Shown here piece after piece: positions 19,170-32,404 of a stretch of 64,000 nucleotides of DNA (positions are counted from its first letter, which is position 1; the number at the start of each line of letters is the position of its first letter). Origin of the DNA: an uncultured delta proteobacterium (GTDB taxonomy: Bacteria; Myxococcota_A; Polyangia; Haliangiales; Haliangiaceae); the NCBI GenBank assembly GCA_963848295.1, contig CAWKDB010000002.1:1088001-1152000 (forward strand). Direction: 5' to 3'. Below the pieces are notes generated by a model. The model ran no database searches, had not been told where the DNA came from, and saw only the letters and a program-made list of their open reading frames with translations. The position numbers were made by a program, and so were the translations under genes.

Positions 19170-20888
19170 ATGCCCGCCGCGCTCGCCGATCTCTCGCTCG
19201 GCTTTCGCTCGTCCTACCTCGATTACGAGCGCCTGAGCGCGCAGTTGCGCGCGTGGACCGACGCATATCCCACCTTGTGTCGGATGTCGTCACTCGCGCG
19301 CACTCCCGAAGGCCGCGACGTGTGGCTCGTCACGATCGGGCCGGAGCCCGAGCGCATTCGCCCGGCGGTGTGGGCCGACGGCAACATGCACGCGGTCGAG
19401 CTCGCCGGCTCGAGTGTCGCGCTCGCGATCGCCGAGGATGCGTTGCGCCTCCACCTCGATCCGGGCTCGATCGAGCTAGCGCCGGCCGTGCTCGCGCGGT
19501 TGCGCGACGTGTTGTTCTACATCGCGCCGCGGCTCTCGCCCGATGGCGCGGAGCACGTGCTGCGCACCGGTCGCGTCGTGCGCTCGGTGCCGCGCGACGA
19601 ACGCGTCGCTCGCGGCAAGCCGCGCTGGCTCGCGCGCGACCTCGATGGCGACGGTCAGATCTTCGCGATGCGCGTCGTCGATCCCGCAGGTGAGCTCGTC
19701 GAGGCGAAGGAGATGCCCGGGTTGCTCGTCGAGCGCACGATCGAAGATGCCGGGCCGTTCTACAAGCTGTACCCGGAGGGCGTGATCGAGCACTTCGACG
19801 GCAAGACCATCCCGTCGACCCATCCGTTCAGCGACAACCCGGTCGATCTCAACCGCAACTTTCCGTGGTCGTGGGCACCGCAGCACGAGCAGGACGGCGC
19901 GGGCGCCTTCGCGGTGAGCGAGCCCGAGGCTCGCGGCGTGGTCGCGTTCGCCTCGGCGCATCCCGAGATCTTCGCGTGGTCGAACTATCACACGTTCGGC
20001 GGCGTGCTGATCCGACCGCCCGGCGACACGCCCGACGGCAAGATGAACCAGGAAGACCTCGCGGTGTTTCGCCAGGTCGAAGCGTGGATGACCGAGCACA
20101 CCGGCTATCCGACGGTGTCCGGCCACGACGAATTCCTGTACGAACCCGACAAGCCGTTGCGCGGCGACCTCAGCGAGTACGCGTATCGCCAGCGCGGCGC
20201 GATCGCCTACGCGATCGAGCTGTGGGATCTGTTCGCGCGCCTCGGCATGCCGCGGCCGCCGAAGTTCGTGCAGTATTACGATCGCGTCACGCGGGCTGAT
20301 CTCGTCAAGCTCGCGTGGTGGGATCGCGACGAGAACGCCAGTCGCGTGTTCCCACCCTGGCGGTCGTTCGACCACCCGCAGCTCGGTAAGGTCGAGATCG
20401 GCGGCATCGATCCACGCGTCGGCTTGTGGAACCCGCCGCTGCACGAGCTCGCGTCGCTGTGCGCGAGACAAACCCCGGTGTTCTTGCGCGTCGCCGCACT
20501 CGCGCCGCACCTCTCGATCGCGCGGATCGATCGCCACCCGACCGCCGACCGCCTGACCCGCGTCGAGCTGCGGATCGAGAACGACGGCTATCTCGGCACG
20601 TACGGGTTGCCGTCCGCGAAGCCGCTCGACTTCAACGAGCCGCTCTATGCGACCGCGATCGCGCACGGTTGCGAGCTCGTCGATCCGGGGCGCGCGTATC
20701 AGAGCATCGGTCACCTCGATGGCTGGGGCCGCGGGTTGTACAGCGGCGCGAACCTGCCGGCCTATCCCGGGACGCGCGGGTCGACGAACGCGGGGTGGCT
20801 GACCTACCTCGTGCGCGGCCACGGCGCGATCGAGGTGCGAGCCGGGTCTTGCCGCGCCGGGTTCATCACCGCACGAGTGGAGGTCTAG
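19170..20888 (+). CDS. M14 family zinc carboxypeptidase
   Basis: HAVE (HxxE), SPDG, DLNRNF, YHT and YAIEL motifs. Confidence 0.9.
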   Translation: MPAALADLSLGFRSSYLDYERLSAQLRAWTDAYPTLCRMSSLARTPEGRDVWLVTIGPEPERIRPAVWADGNMHAVELAGSSVALAIAEDALRLHLDPGSIELAPAVLARLRDVLFYIAPRLSPDGAEHVLRTGRVVRSVPRDERVARGKPRWLARDLDGDGQIFAMRVVDPAGELVEAKEMPGLLVERTIEDAGPFYKLYPEGVIEHFDGKTIPSTHPFSDNPVDLNRNFPWSWAPQHEQDGAGAFAVSEPEARGVVAFASAHPEIFAWSNYHTFGGVLIRPPGDTPDGKMNQEDLAVFRQVEAWMTEHTGYPTVSGHDEFLYEPDKPLRGDLSEYAYRQRGAIAYAIELWDLFARLGMPRPPKFVQYYDRVTRADLVKLAWWDRDENASRVFPPWRSFDHPQLGKVEIGGIDPRVGLWNPPLHELASLCARQTPVFLRVAALAPHLSIARIDRHPTADRLTRVELRIENDGYLGTYGLPSAKPLDFNEPLYATAIAHGCELVDPGRAYQSIGHLDGWGRGLYSGANLPAYPGTRGSTNAGWLTYLVRGHGAIEVRAGSCRAGFITARVEV

Positions 20889-20889
20889 C

Positions 20890-21711
20890 TTGGCGCGCTA
20901 CGCGATCGGCGATATTCAAGGTTGCATGGCGAGCCTCGAGCGCTTGCTGTCGCTGATCGCATTCTCGCCGCAGCGCGACGAGCTATGGCTGGTCGGGGAT
21001 CTCGTCAATCGCGGCCCGCGTTCGCTCGACGTGCTGCGCTGGGCGCGCGACATGGGCCCGGTGGTCACGACGGTGCTCGGCAACCACGACCTCCACTTGC
21101 TCGCGCGCGCCGCGGGCGCCGATAAGGAGAAGCCACGCGACACGCTCGACGACGTGCTCGCCGCGGCCGATCGCGATCGCCTGATCGATTGGTTGCGCGC
21201 GCGGCCGTTGCTCGTTCACGACGACCGGTTCGCGCTCGTGCACGCGGGCTTGCATCCGCGATGGACGATCGCCGACGCCCGTGCGCGCGCCGCCGAGATC
21301 GAAGCCGAGCTCGCCGCGCCGACGTGGCGCGCGTTCCTCGCGCAATCGAACGGCCCCGCGCCGCGGTGGGATTCGCGGCTCGGCGGCGGTGACCGCTGGC
21401 GCGCGATCCTCGGTTACCTCGTGCGCGTGAGGGCGTGCCGCGCCGACGGCAGGCCGATCGCGGACTTCGACGGGCCACCGGCGCAAGCACCCGCCGGCGC
21501 GATCCCGTGGTTCAACTTGCCCGATCCGGCGTGGGCGACGCACACGGTCGTGTTTGGCCATTGGGCCGCGGCCGGGCTCCAGCTCGGGCCGCATCACGCC
21601 GGCGTCGACACCGGCTGCGTGTGGGGCAACACGCTGTCCGCGCTGCGGCTCGACGACAGGATGGTGTTCCAGATCAAGAGCGTCGAGCGCGCATCCGGGC
21701 CGATCCGGTAA
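20890..21711 (+). CDS. apaH: Symmetrical bis(5'-nucleosyl)-tetraphosphatase
   Basis: GDIQGC, GDLVNRGP, LGNHDLHLL, VHAG, FGHWA and DTGCVWG. Confidence 0.95.
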   Translation: MARYAIGDIQGCMASLERLLSLIAFSPQRDELWLVGDLVNRGPRSLDVLRWARDMGPVVTTVLGNHDLHLLARAAGADKEKPRDTLDDVLAAADRDRLIDWLRARPLLVHDDRFALVHAGLHPRWTIADARARAAEIEAELAAPTWRAFLAQSNGPAPRWDSRLGGGDRWRAILGYLVRVRACRADGRPIADFDGPPAQAPAGAIPWFNLPDPAWATHTVVFGHWAAAGLQLGPHHAGVDTGCVWGNTLSALRLDDRMVFQIKSVERASGPIR

Positions 21712-21722
21712 CGCGCGGCGCG

Positions 21723-22826
21723 CTACTTCTTCGGCTTGGTGAGCTCGATCGGATCGACGTTGACGTCGGCGGTCGAGAACTCGACATCCACCGACTCGCG
21801 CTTCTTGCGCGCCAGCTGGGGCAGCGTCGGTGCATTGCTCCCGGTCGGCATGACGTCGTGATCATGAGTCGGCTGGGCGTCGTGCGCCGCGGGGTTGCTC
21901 CGCATTCGCGCCTCGCGCACGTTCGCGCCGAGCGCGCTCGTCGGATCGACCCCGACCGCGCTCTTCATCACCTGCGAGAGCGCCGACGCGAACTCGGTCG
22001 CCGATGCGAACCGTTCGGCCGGATCGGCCGCGAGCGCGCTGTCGAGCACCACGGCGAGCGCCTGAGGCACGTCGGGTCGACGATCGCGAATCGGTGGCAC
22101 CGCGCACGCGCGAATCCGCTTGAAGATCTCGATATCGTTCTTGCCGTCGAACAACCGCTCGCCCGCGAGCGTCTCCCACAGGATGTTGCCGACGCCGAAC
22201 AGATCGGACTGCGCGGTGTTCGGCTTGCCGAACGTGACCTCGGGTGCGAGGTACGACAGCTTGCCCTTGACCGTGCCGGGTGCGGTCAAGCTCGCGACGC
22301 GATCGCGCGCGCGCGCCAGCCCGAAGTCCGACAGCTTGACGACGCCGTTCGAGCCGAGCAGCACGTTGTGCGGCGACACGTCGCGATGGATGACCGGCGC
22401 CGGCGTCCCGTCGGGAGCGCGCCGATCGTGCGCGGCGCCGAGCCCGCGCAGCGTGCCGATGCCGATCGCGACCGCGATCGGCCACTCGACCTTGTGGCCG
22501 GCGTCGTGGTGGCTCTTGATCAGCGCACCGAGGTCGATCCCTTCGACCCACTCCATCACGAGGTAGTACGAGCCGTTCTGGCTGACGAAGTCGTGGACCT
22601 GGACGATGTTCGGGTGCTGGAGCTCGCTGCCGACGCGCGCCTCCTCGATGAACATCTCGACGTAGTTCTTGAGCGCGCGGAACTCCGGCTTGATGTGCTT
22701 GATCGCGACCGCGCGCTGGAACCCGGCGGCACCGCGCGACACCGCCTTGTAGACGGTCGCCATGCCGCCTTCGCCGCAGACCTCTACCAGCTCGTACTTG
22801 CCGTCGATCAACTCCCCGGTGGTCAC
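21723..22826 (-). CDS. Ser/Thr protein kinase
   Basis: GEGGMATVY, VAIK, HRDVSPHN, DFG, YLAPE. GTG 22826 chosen because a TATACT box lies 9 nt upstream. Confidence 0.92.
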   Translation of the reverse strand: MTTGELIDGKYELVEVCGEGGMATVYKAVSRGAAGFQRAVAIKHIKPEFRALKNYVEMFIEEARVGSELQHPNIVQVHDFVSQNGSYYLVMEWVEGIDLGALIKSHHDAGHKVEWPIAVAIGIGTLRGLGAAHDRRAPDGTPAPVIHRDVSPHNVLLGSNGVVKLSDFGLARARDRVASLTAPGTVKGKLSYLAPEVTFGKPNTAQSDLFGVGNILWETLAGERLFDGKNDIEIFKRIRACAVPPIRDRRPDVPQALAVVLDSALAADPAERFASATEFASALSQVMKSAVGVDPTSALGANVREARMRSNPAAHDAQPTHDHDVMPTGSNAPTLPQLARKKRESVDVEFSTADVNVDPIELTKPKK

Positions 22827-22895
22827 GTCGGCCCTAGTATACAGATCGTAGACGTCCACGTGCACGTGTCACGTCCACATGGACGATCGGCAGCG

Positions 22896-24910
<2,015 letters not shown>

Positions 24911-24956
24911 CGCGGCGACTGGATAGCACGAACCGCGACGGAGCGCGCGTCGGGAT

Positions 24957-25310
24957 CTAGCGCGGGGGCGCGGTCTTGCCGCGGCGGCGTTCGCTGCGTG
25001 CGACCAGCGTGCTCGGTAGCGTGCCCTCGCGCTCGAGCTTCTTGATCTCGTCGCCGAGCGCGCGCAACACCTTGAGCCGCGCCGCATCGTCGCGGAACCG
25101 ATCGACGAGCTCGCCGTACAGCTCGCGCACGGCATCGCCGTCGGGCGGACTCGCCATCACCGAGCGCAGCACCGCGACCCGCCAGCGCAGCTCGAGCTCG
25201 CCGCCGACCTCGAGAGCGAGCGCATCACCGACGGCCCGTTCGCTCGGGATCTTCGCGCGATCGGCTTCGCAACGCTCGACGAGCGCGGCTAGTCGCTTGG
25301 CGGCGGACAT
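24957..25310 (-). CDS. Hypothetical protein (117 aa)
   Basis: MSAAKRLAAL... 3' part of ORF 24957..27440; helical composition, TACGCT box upstream. Confidence 0.7.
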   Translation of the reverse strand: MSAAKRLAALVERCEADRAKIPSERAVGDALALEVGGELELRWRVAVLRSVMASPPDGDAVRELYGELVDRFRDDAARLKVLRALGDEIKKLEREGTLPSTLVARSERRRGKTAPPR

Positions 25311-25406
25311 CACGCGGCCAGCGTACCATGCGCGTCCCGCGTTTCCCGGCCTGTTACTCGAGGTGATCCGCGACGACGATCGAGACGCTGAGCTATGCTC
25401 GCCGCC

Positions 25407-26741
25407 ATGCGCGGGATGGCCAGCATCGCACTCGTGGCTTGCGCGCTCGCGGCATCGGTCGCGCACGCCGACGGGATCTCCGACGACGAGCTCGCGAAGA
25501 AGAACACCGGCAGCTACCTGACCGGGCTGCCATTGATCAACTACTCGCCCGACACCGGCGTCGGCTACGGCGCCCGCATCTACTACTACTACGACGGCGA
25601 TCGCGACGACTCGCGGTTCAAGACGACGCCGTACCTCTATCGCGTGTTCCTGCAGGGCTTCACGTCGACCCGCGGCCTGCAGTTCCACTGGCTCGACTTC
25701 GACGCGCCGAAGATCTTCGACACGCCGTTCCGTATCCGCAGCCAGCTGATCTACGAGCGCAACATCAACCAGAATTATTTCGGTCAGGGTAACGCCGCGC
25801 TCGACCCTCTGCAGTTTCCCGGCTCGCCGGCGACGTTCAAGTCGTTCGCGAATTACAGCGCCGCGCAGCAACAGGTCACGAACGGCCAGACCTATGGCAA
25901 GTACGACCAGTACGACCTGCTGCGGCCGATCTATATCGCGAGCGTCGAGCGGCTGTTGCTCCACGACCACGTGCGCGTGCTCGGCGGCGTCGGGTTCTCG
26001 TACGCGCGGATTCGCGATTACACCGGCCAGCAGGTCGACGCCACCGACCCGACCGGCGGGGCGACGACCGCGACCGAAGCCCCGACTCGACTCAAGACCG
26101 ATTGCGACGCCGGCACGCTGGTCGGCTGCAGCGGCGGCTGGGACAACTTCTTGCGATTCGGTATCTCGTACGACACGCGCGACTACGAGCCCGATCCGAA
26201 GCGCGGCGTATTCATCGACGCGGCGGTCGACGCCGGCACGGTCGCGCTCGGCTCGGAGTATGACTACGTGCGCGCGATGATCGCGGCGCGCGGGTTCTGG
26301 AGCCCGGCGCCCGATGCGATCGACCTCGTGCTCGCCGACCGCTTCGTGTTCGAAGGCCAGACCTCGGGCACGCCGTTCTTCAGCATGGACACGTTCCCGT
26401 TCACCGACGATCCGCGGACCGGCCTCGGCGGTCAGCGCACGATGCGCGGGTTTCGCCAGGATCGCTTCGTCGGGCCGATCATGGCGCTCGATAATGTCGA
26501 GGCGCGCTGGACGTTCGCGCACGCCTGCTTCTGGCGGCAGAAGTTCGCGTTCATCGTCGTGCCGTTCCTCGATGTCGGCCGTCCGTATAGCCGGATGTCC
26601 GATCTGACGGTGCGCGATCTGCGCGCGTCGTACGGCGGCTCGCTGCGCATCGCCTGGAACCTCGCGACGCTCATCACGATCGACTACGGGTTCTCCGCGG
26701 AGGACACTGGCTTCTACGTGAACTTCAACCACATGTTTTGA
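25407..26741 (+). CDS. Omp85/BamA-type beta-barrel outer-membrane protein without POTRA domains
   Basis: Signal peptide, YSPDTGVGYG, YDTRD, LGGQRTMRGF (VRGY-like) and terminal Phe. Confidence 0.85.
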   Translation: MRGMASIALVACALAASVAHADGISDDELAKKNTGSYLTGLPLINYSPDTGVGYGARIYYYYDGDRDDSRFKTTPYLYRVFLQGFTSTRGLQFHWLDFDAPKIFDTPFRIRSQLIYERNINQNYFGQGNAALDPLQFPGSPATFKSFANYSAAQQQVTNGQTYGKYDQYDLLRPIYIASVERLLLHDHVRVLGGVGFSYARIRDYTGQQVDATDPTGGATTATEAPTRLKTDCDAGTLVGCSGGWDNFLRFGISYDTRDYEPDPKRGVFIDAAVDAGTVALGSEYDYVRAMIAARGFWSPAPDAIDLVLADRFVFEGQTSGTPFFSMDTFPFTDDPRTGLGGQRTMRGFRQDRFVGPIMALDNVEARWTFAHACFWRQKFAFIVVPFLDVGRPYSRMSDLTVRDLRASYGGSLRIAWNLATLITIDYGFSAEDTGFYVNFNHMF

Positions 26742-26792
26742 ATCCTGTTCTCCAGGATTGGACCGATGGCCGGACCAATGTATAACCGCGCC

Positions 26793-27800
26793 ATGAAGCG
26801 ATTCGGGCTCGTCCTGGTCTTGGCCGCGTGCACGCACGCCGATCCGAATGCGGTCCAGAGCTTCGCGTTCGGACCGTTTCAGCTCGACGCCGATCAAGAG
26901 ATCACGGACGAGTGCGTCCAGATCTCGCTCGACAACGCGACCGACCTCTACGTCAACCAGGTCGAGTTCAAGAGCGGACCGGGGCTGCACCACTCGAACT
27001 GGTTCTACGTACCGGAGCGAATCTTCGCCGGCGATGACGGCGTGTTCACCTGCGCCGACCGCTCGTTCGACACCGAGGCCGCGGCCGTCTACGGCGGCGT
27101 GTTGTTCGCGCAGTCGACGCAAGCGACGCACGACGTCCAGCAGTTCCCCGACGGCGGCGCGATCAAGATCCCGAAAGGCTCGAAGCTCGTCGCGCAGATC
27201 CACCTGCTCAATGCGACCGACTCGCCGCTGACCGTCTCGCCGACCATCGCGATCACGCCGATCGCGGAAGCCGACGTCACGACCCACCTCGCCGCGATGT
27301 CGTTCGAGGACGAAGCGCTCGGCCTGCCACCGAACATGCAGTCGTCGTTCACGGTCGATTGCGACCTCGGTCCGTTGCACCAGCAGCTGTTCGGCCGCGC
27401 GCCGGACTTCAACATCTATTACGCGCTCGCCCACTATCACGCGCTCGGTACCGGCATGACGGTGTCCGCGGTCAGCGAGGACGGCGCGACCGTAACACCG
27501 GTGTTTCAGACGACCGCGGAGATCGGTGATTCGCTCGGGAGCACGATCGATCCGGTGTTCCCGATGACCGGCTACTCGCGGATTCGCTTCACGTGCGACT
27601 ACTTCAACAACACCAGCCAGACCGTCTCATGGGGTGTCGGCAACCAGGAGATGTGCGTGTTCCTCGCGTTCACCGACTCGACCTACCAATGGGGCGGCGG
27701 CGATCCGAACGAGGAGGCACCTGGCAATCCTCTGCAAGTGAGTAACGTGATGACGTTCTCGAACTCGTGCAGCGTGTTCGCGAACGACAACACGCACTGA
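26793..27800 (+). CDS. Copper type II monooxygenase-like (PHM/DBH-like) lipoprotein
   Basis: Lipobox LAAC, GLHH, QIHLLN, AHYH and QEMC copper-ligand pattern. Confidence 0.75.
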   Translation: MKRFGLVLVLAACTHADPNAVQSFAFGPFQLDADQEITDECVQISLDNATDLYVNQVEFKSGPGLHHSNWFYVPERIFAGDDGVFTCADRSFDTEAAAVYGGVLFAQSTQATHDVQQFPDGGAIKIPKGSKLVAQIHLLNATDSPLTVSPTIAITPIAEADVTTHLAAMSFEDEALGLPPNMQSSFTVDCDLGPLHQQLFGRAPDFNIYYALAHYHALGTGMTVSAVSEDGATVTPVFQTTAEIGDSLGSTIDPVFPMTGYSRIRFTCDYFNNTSQTVSWGVGNQEMCVFLAFTDSTYQWGGGDPNEEAPGNPLQVSNVMTFSNSCSVFANDNTH

Positions 27801-27972
27801 CGGTGTTTCATAACGCGGCGCGTGGGCTCGAGGGCCGGACTCTGCCGAAGCGATGCCTCGGCACCGCGGCTCGACCGCGGCGCACTGCCATCAGGTGATC
27901 GCGCAAGTGCTGGTGACGTCGCTCGGAATCCTCCGTAGCGTGGCTGCGCGCTGAAAATGCGCGGGAGGCCCC

Positions 27973-29250
27973 ATGCTGGTACGGCAAGCTCGGCTCGGTT
28001 CGCTCGTCATCTCGTTCGCGATCGGCTGCGGTGGCGGCGGCAATGGCAACGGCGCCGATGCGCATCACAACGTCGATGCCGCGGGCACGCACCCCGACGC
28101 GGGAAATCCGGCCGGCCTCGTCGCGGTGCCGCTGACCGCCACCGGCGCGCTGGTGTTTACCGCGCCGATGAAGTTCGGGACACAGTCGTTCGACATGCTC
28201 GTCGACACCGGCTCGTCGTCGACCGGCGTCGCGGCGACGTCCTGCACGAACTGCGAGGTCAGCTCGACGTACACGCCGGGCAGCGGCGCGACCGACCAGC
28301 ACGCGACCGCGAGCAGCTCGTTCGGCGATGGCACGTCGTGGAGCGGCGAGGCCTACGCCGACACCGCGGCGATCGGGGCCGGCTACGCGGTGAAGCTCGA
28401 CTTCGTGGCGATCACGACCTCGAATGGATTCTTCCGCGGCGGCTACGACGGCATCGTCGGCCTCGGCCCCGACGATCTACTGTTGCCGCATACGACGTCC
28501 TATATCGACGCCGCGGTCACGGCGGGCATGCTGCCGCAGTTCGCGTTCGAGGAGTGCGCGAACGACGGCACGATGTGGCTCGGCGGCTATGACAACGCCG
28601 CGGTCGCCCAGCCGGTGGTGTTCACGCCGATGACCGGCGCCGGGTACTACACGGTCGGGATCGCGGGCATGGCGGTCGGCGCGACCGATCTCGGCCTGAC
28701 CTCGGCGTCGTTCGGCGACACCATCGTCGATACCGGCACGAGCATCTCGTTCATCCCGGCCGCGGCGGAGAACGCGATCCTCTCGAAGTTGACCGCGAGC
28801 GCGGGCTACCAGGCGGTGTTCGGCACGCAAGCGCTGAGCGACGGTGGCTGCGTGAGCTCGCAGCTCAGCTCCGCACAGGTCGACGCGATGTTGCCGGCGC
28901 TCGGCATCACGTTCCCGGCGACAGGCGGCGGCGCCTCGACCGCGGTGCCGGTCGCCGCGACGCGGTCGTATCTGTTCGACGAAGGTGGAGGCACCTATTG
29001 CTTCGCGTTCGCCAACGCCGACCAGCTCGGCGGGATGTCGCTGATCGGCGGCACGCTGCTCGACGGCGTCATCACGGTGTTCGATGTCGCCAACCACGAG
29101 GTCGGATTCGCGCCCGAGGCCGGCTGCCCGACCAATGACATCGGCCCCAGGCCGGCGATGGTCACGCACGGCAGCCCCGACCACCCGTGGTGGCTCGATG
29201 ATCCCCGCGTCCGCGTCCCGCCGGTCGCTCGCGCGAAGTACACGAGGTAG
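27973..29250 (+). CDS. Pepsin-like (A1) aspartic protease lipoprotein
   Basis: Two catalytic motifs VDTGSS and VDTGTS, DGIVGLG, SLIGG and VFD...VGFA; lipobox AIGC. Confidence 0.9.
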   Translation: MLVRQARLGSLVISFAIGCGGGGNGNGADAHHNVDAAGTHPDAGNPAGLVAVPLTATGALVFTAPMKFGTQSFDMLVDTGSSSTGVAATSCTNCEVSSTYTPGSGATDQHATASSSFGDGTSWSGEAYADTAAIGAGYAVKLDFVAITTSNGFFRGGYDGIVGLGPDDLLLPHTTSYIDAAVTAGMLPQFAFEECANDGTMWLGGYDNAAVAQPVVFTPMTGAGYYTVGIAGMAVGATDLGLTSASFGDTIVDTGTSISFIPAAAENAILSKLTASAGYQAVFGTQALSDGGCVSSQLSSAQVDAMLPALGITFPATGGGASTAVPVAATRSYLFDEGGGTYCFAFANADQLGGMSLIGGTLLDGVITVFDVANHEVGFAPEAGCPTNDIGPRPAMVTHGSPDHPWWLDDPRVRVPPVARAKYTR

Positions 29251-29289
29251 GCGCGCCGCGAAACCCACGCGCTGTATAGTTCGCGGCGC

Positions 29290-30257
<968 letters not shown>

Positions 30258-30258
<1 letters not shown>

Positions 30259-30881
30259 TGAACATGCTCGTCCGCACGCTGCTCGTCGTCGTCATGGTGA
30301 TCGCGCTCGTGTACGTCGTGTCGCGCCATCACCACGACAAGACGTTCGCGCCCGGCGAAGGCAGCGGAGCGAGCACCACGCCGCCCCCGAGGCCGACCGC
30401 GACCACAGTGGCCGCTAAGCCGGGGCCGACCCACGAGCTGCGCACTGTCACCGCCGCGCAACGCGCCGAGATCGCCGCGCAGATCGCCGCCGCCCGCGCC
30501 GCACGCGCCGAGCGCAAGCCCACGGCTCCGGCCCAGCCGGCCACCCCGACGGATCCGAACCAGGACTACGCCGCCTACGCCGACTCGTTCGCAGTCGGGA
30601 TGAGCGATGCGCTCAAGCCGCTGATCGGGATGCTCGGCAAGTGCATCCGGGACCACGGTGCCGACGCCGGCAGCCATCACGCCGCCGCCGTACAGATCAC
30701 GCTCGACGGCGACCCCGATGTCGGCACGTTGATCACGACCGACTCGATCGCCGACGGCACCGGCCAGCCGATCAGCCCCGCGCTCGACGACTGCGTGCGC
30801 GGCGTGCTCGACGCCGCCGAGCTTCCGCCGATCAAAGAAGGCGCGACGCTCAAGACCCAGTTCACGTTCGACCTCGATTAG
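30258..30881 (+). CDS. Membrane-anchored hypothetical protein
   Basis: TGATG overlap with tdh, N-terminal TM, C-terminal domain with two Cys. Confidence 0.7.
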
Positions 30882-30938
30882 TCGCGCCGGCGATTCGCAG
30901 CTTGCGCGCGACGCCGGGCTCTGAAAAGCTGCGCGCGC

Positions 30939-32126
30939 ATGTACACGAATGCGAAGTCGGTGTTCGCCGGTGCGCTCGCCGAGATCGAGGCCGCCGGTTT
31001 GTGGAAGCACGAGCGGCTGATCACGTCGCCGCAAGCCGCGCACATCACGACCAACGGCAAAGAGGTCATCAACTTCTGCGCGAACAACTACCTCGGGCTG
31101 TCGTCGCATCCGCGCGTGATCGCGGCGGCGCGCGCGGCGCTCGACGATCGCGGCTACGGCCTATCGAGCGTGCGGTTCATCTGCGGCACCCAGGATCGCC
31201 ACAAGGAGCTCGAGGCCGCGGTGTCGAAGTTCCTCGGCACCGACGACACGATCCTGTACGGCTCGTGCTTCGACGCGAACGGCGGGCTATTCGAGACGCT
31301 GCTCGGCGACGACGACGCGATCATCTCCGACGCGCTCAACCACGCGTCGATCATCGACGGCGTGCGGCTATGCAAGGCCGAGCGCCATCGCTACGAGCAC
31401 GACGACCTGAACGATCTCGAGGCCAAGCTGAAGGCGACCGCGGGCAAGCGCCTGCGGATGATCGCGACCGACGGCGTGTTCTCGATGGACGGCGACATCG
31501 CGCGCGTCGATGCGATCTGCGACCTCGCGGACAAGTACCACGCGCTCGTCATGGTCGACGACAGCCACGCGACCGGGTTTGTCGGCAAGACCGGGCGCGG
31601 CTCGGCCGAGCTGCGCGGCTGCCTCGCTCGCGTCGACGTCTTCACCTCGACGCTCGGCAAGGCGCTCGGCGGCGCGTCGGGCGGCTTCACGTCGGGCAAG
31701 AAGGAGATCGTCGACTTGCTGCGCAACCGGTCGCGGCCGTATCTGTTCTCGAACACGCTCGCGCCGCCGATCGTCGCCGGTTCGCTCGCCGCGATCGCGT
31801 TGATCACCGAATCGACCGCGCTGCGCGACAAGCTCGAAGACAACACCCAGCGGTTCCGCGCCGGCATGGAGAAATCCGGGCTCGCGATCCGCCCGGGCAC
31901 CCACCCGATCGTCCCGGTCATGCTCGGCGACGCCAAGCTCGCCGCGGACATGGCGCAACGCCTGCTCGACCACGGGATCTACGTCATCGGGTTTTCGTTC
32001 CCCGTCGTGCCCAAGGGCCAGGCGCGCATCCGGGTCCAGCTGTCGGCCGCGCACTCGACCGAAGATGTCGATCGCGCGATCGTTGCGTTCGCGGCGGTCG
32101 GCCGCGAGCTCGGTGTCGTGGCGTGA
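30939..32126 (+). CDS. kbl: Glycine C-acetyltransferase (2-amino-3-ketobutyrate CoA ligase)
   Basis: [42 protein letters not shown] and ARIRVQLSA. Confidence 0.97.
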   Translation: MYTNAKSVFAGALAEIEAAGLWKHERLITSPQAAHITTNGKEVINFCANNYLGLSSHPRVIAAARAALDDRGYGLSSVRFICGTQDRHKELEAAVSKFLGTDDTILYGSCFDANGGLFETLLGDDDAIISDALNHASIIDGVRLCKAERHRYEHDDLNDLEAKLKATAGKRLRMIATDGVFSMDGDIARVDAICDLADKYHALVMVDDSHATGFVGKTGRGSAELRGCLARVDVFTSTLGKALGGASGGFTSGKKEIVDLLRNRSRPYLFSNTLAPPIVAGSLAAIALITESTALRDKLEDNTQRFRAGMEKSGLAIRPGTHPIVPVMLGDAKLAADMAQRLLDHGIYVIGFSFPVVPKGQARIRVQLSAAHSTEDVDRAIVAFAAVGRELGVVA

Positions 32127-32359
32127 CCGCCGAAGACATCATCGCGAAAATCCGGACCGCGATTCCGGATGCGGTGGTCGAGCTCTCCGACCTCACCGGC
32201 ACCGCCGACCACTGGAAAGCCTCGATCGTTTCGGCTGCGTTCTCGGGCAAATCGCTGCTCGAGCGTCATCGCCTGGTCATGGCCGCGCTCGTCGAGGAGA
32301 TGAAAGGGCCGATCCACGCGCTCACGCTCGACGTCAAGACACCCGACGAAGTCGCATAA
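32123..32359 (+). CDS. BolA/IbaG family protein
   Basis: DHW...[18 protein letters not shown]...IHAL...TPDE; GTGA overlap with kbl. Confidence 0.92.
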   Translation: MTAEDIIAKIRTAIPDAVVELSDLTGTADHWKASIVSAAFSGKSLLERHRLVMAALVEEMKGPIHALTLDVKTPDEVA

Positions 32360-32404
32360 CCGGTAGCACCCTGCCCGGTCCCGTGCGATCGTCGGGGCTC
32401 GTCC

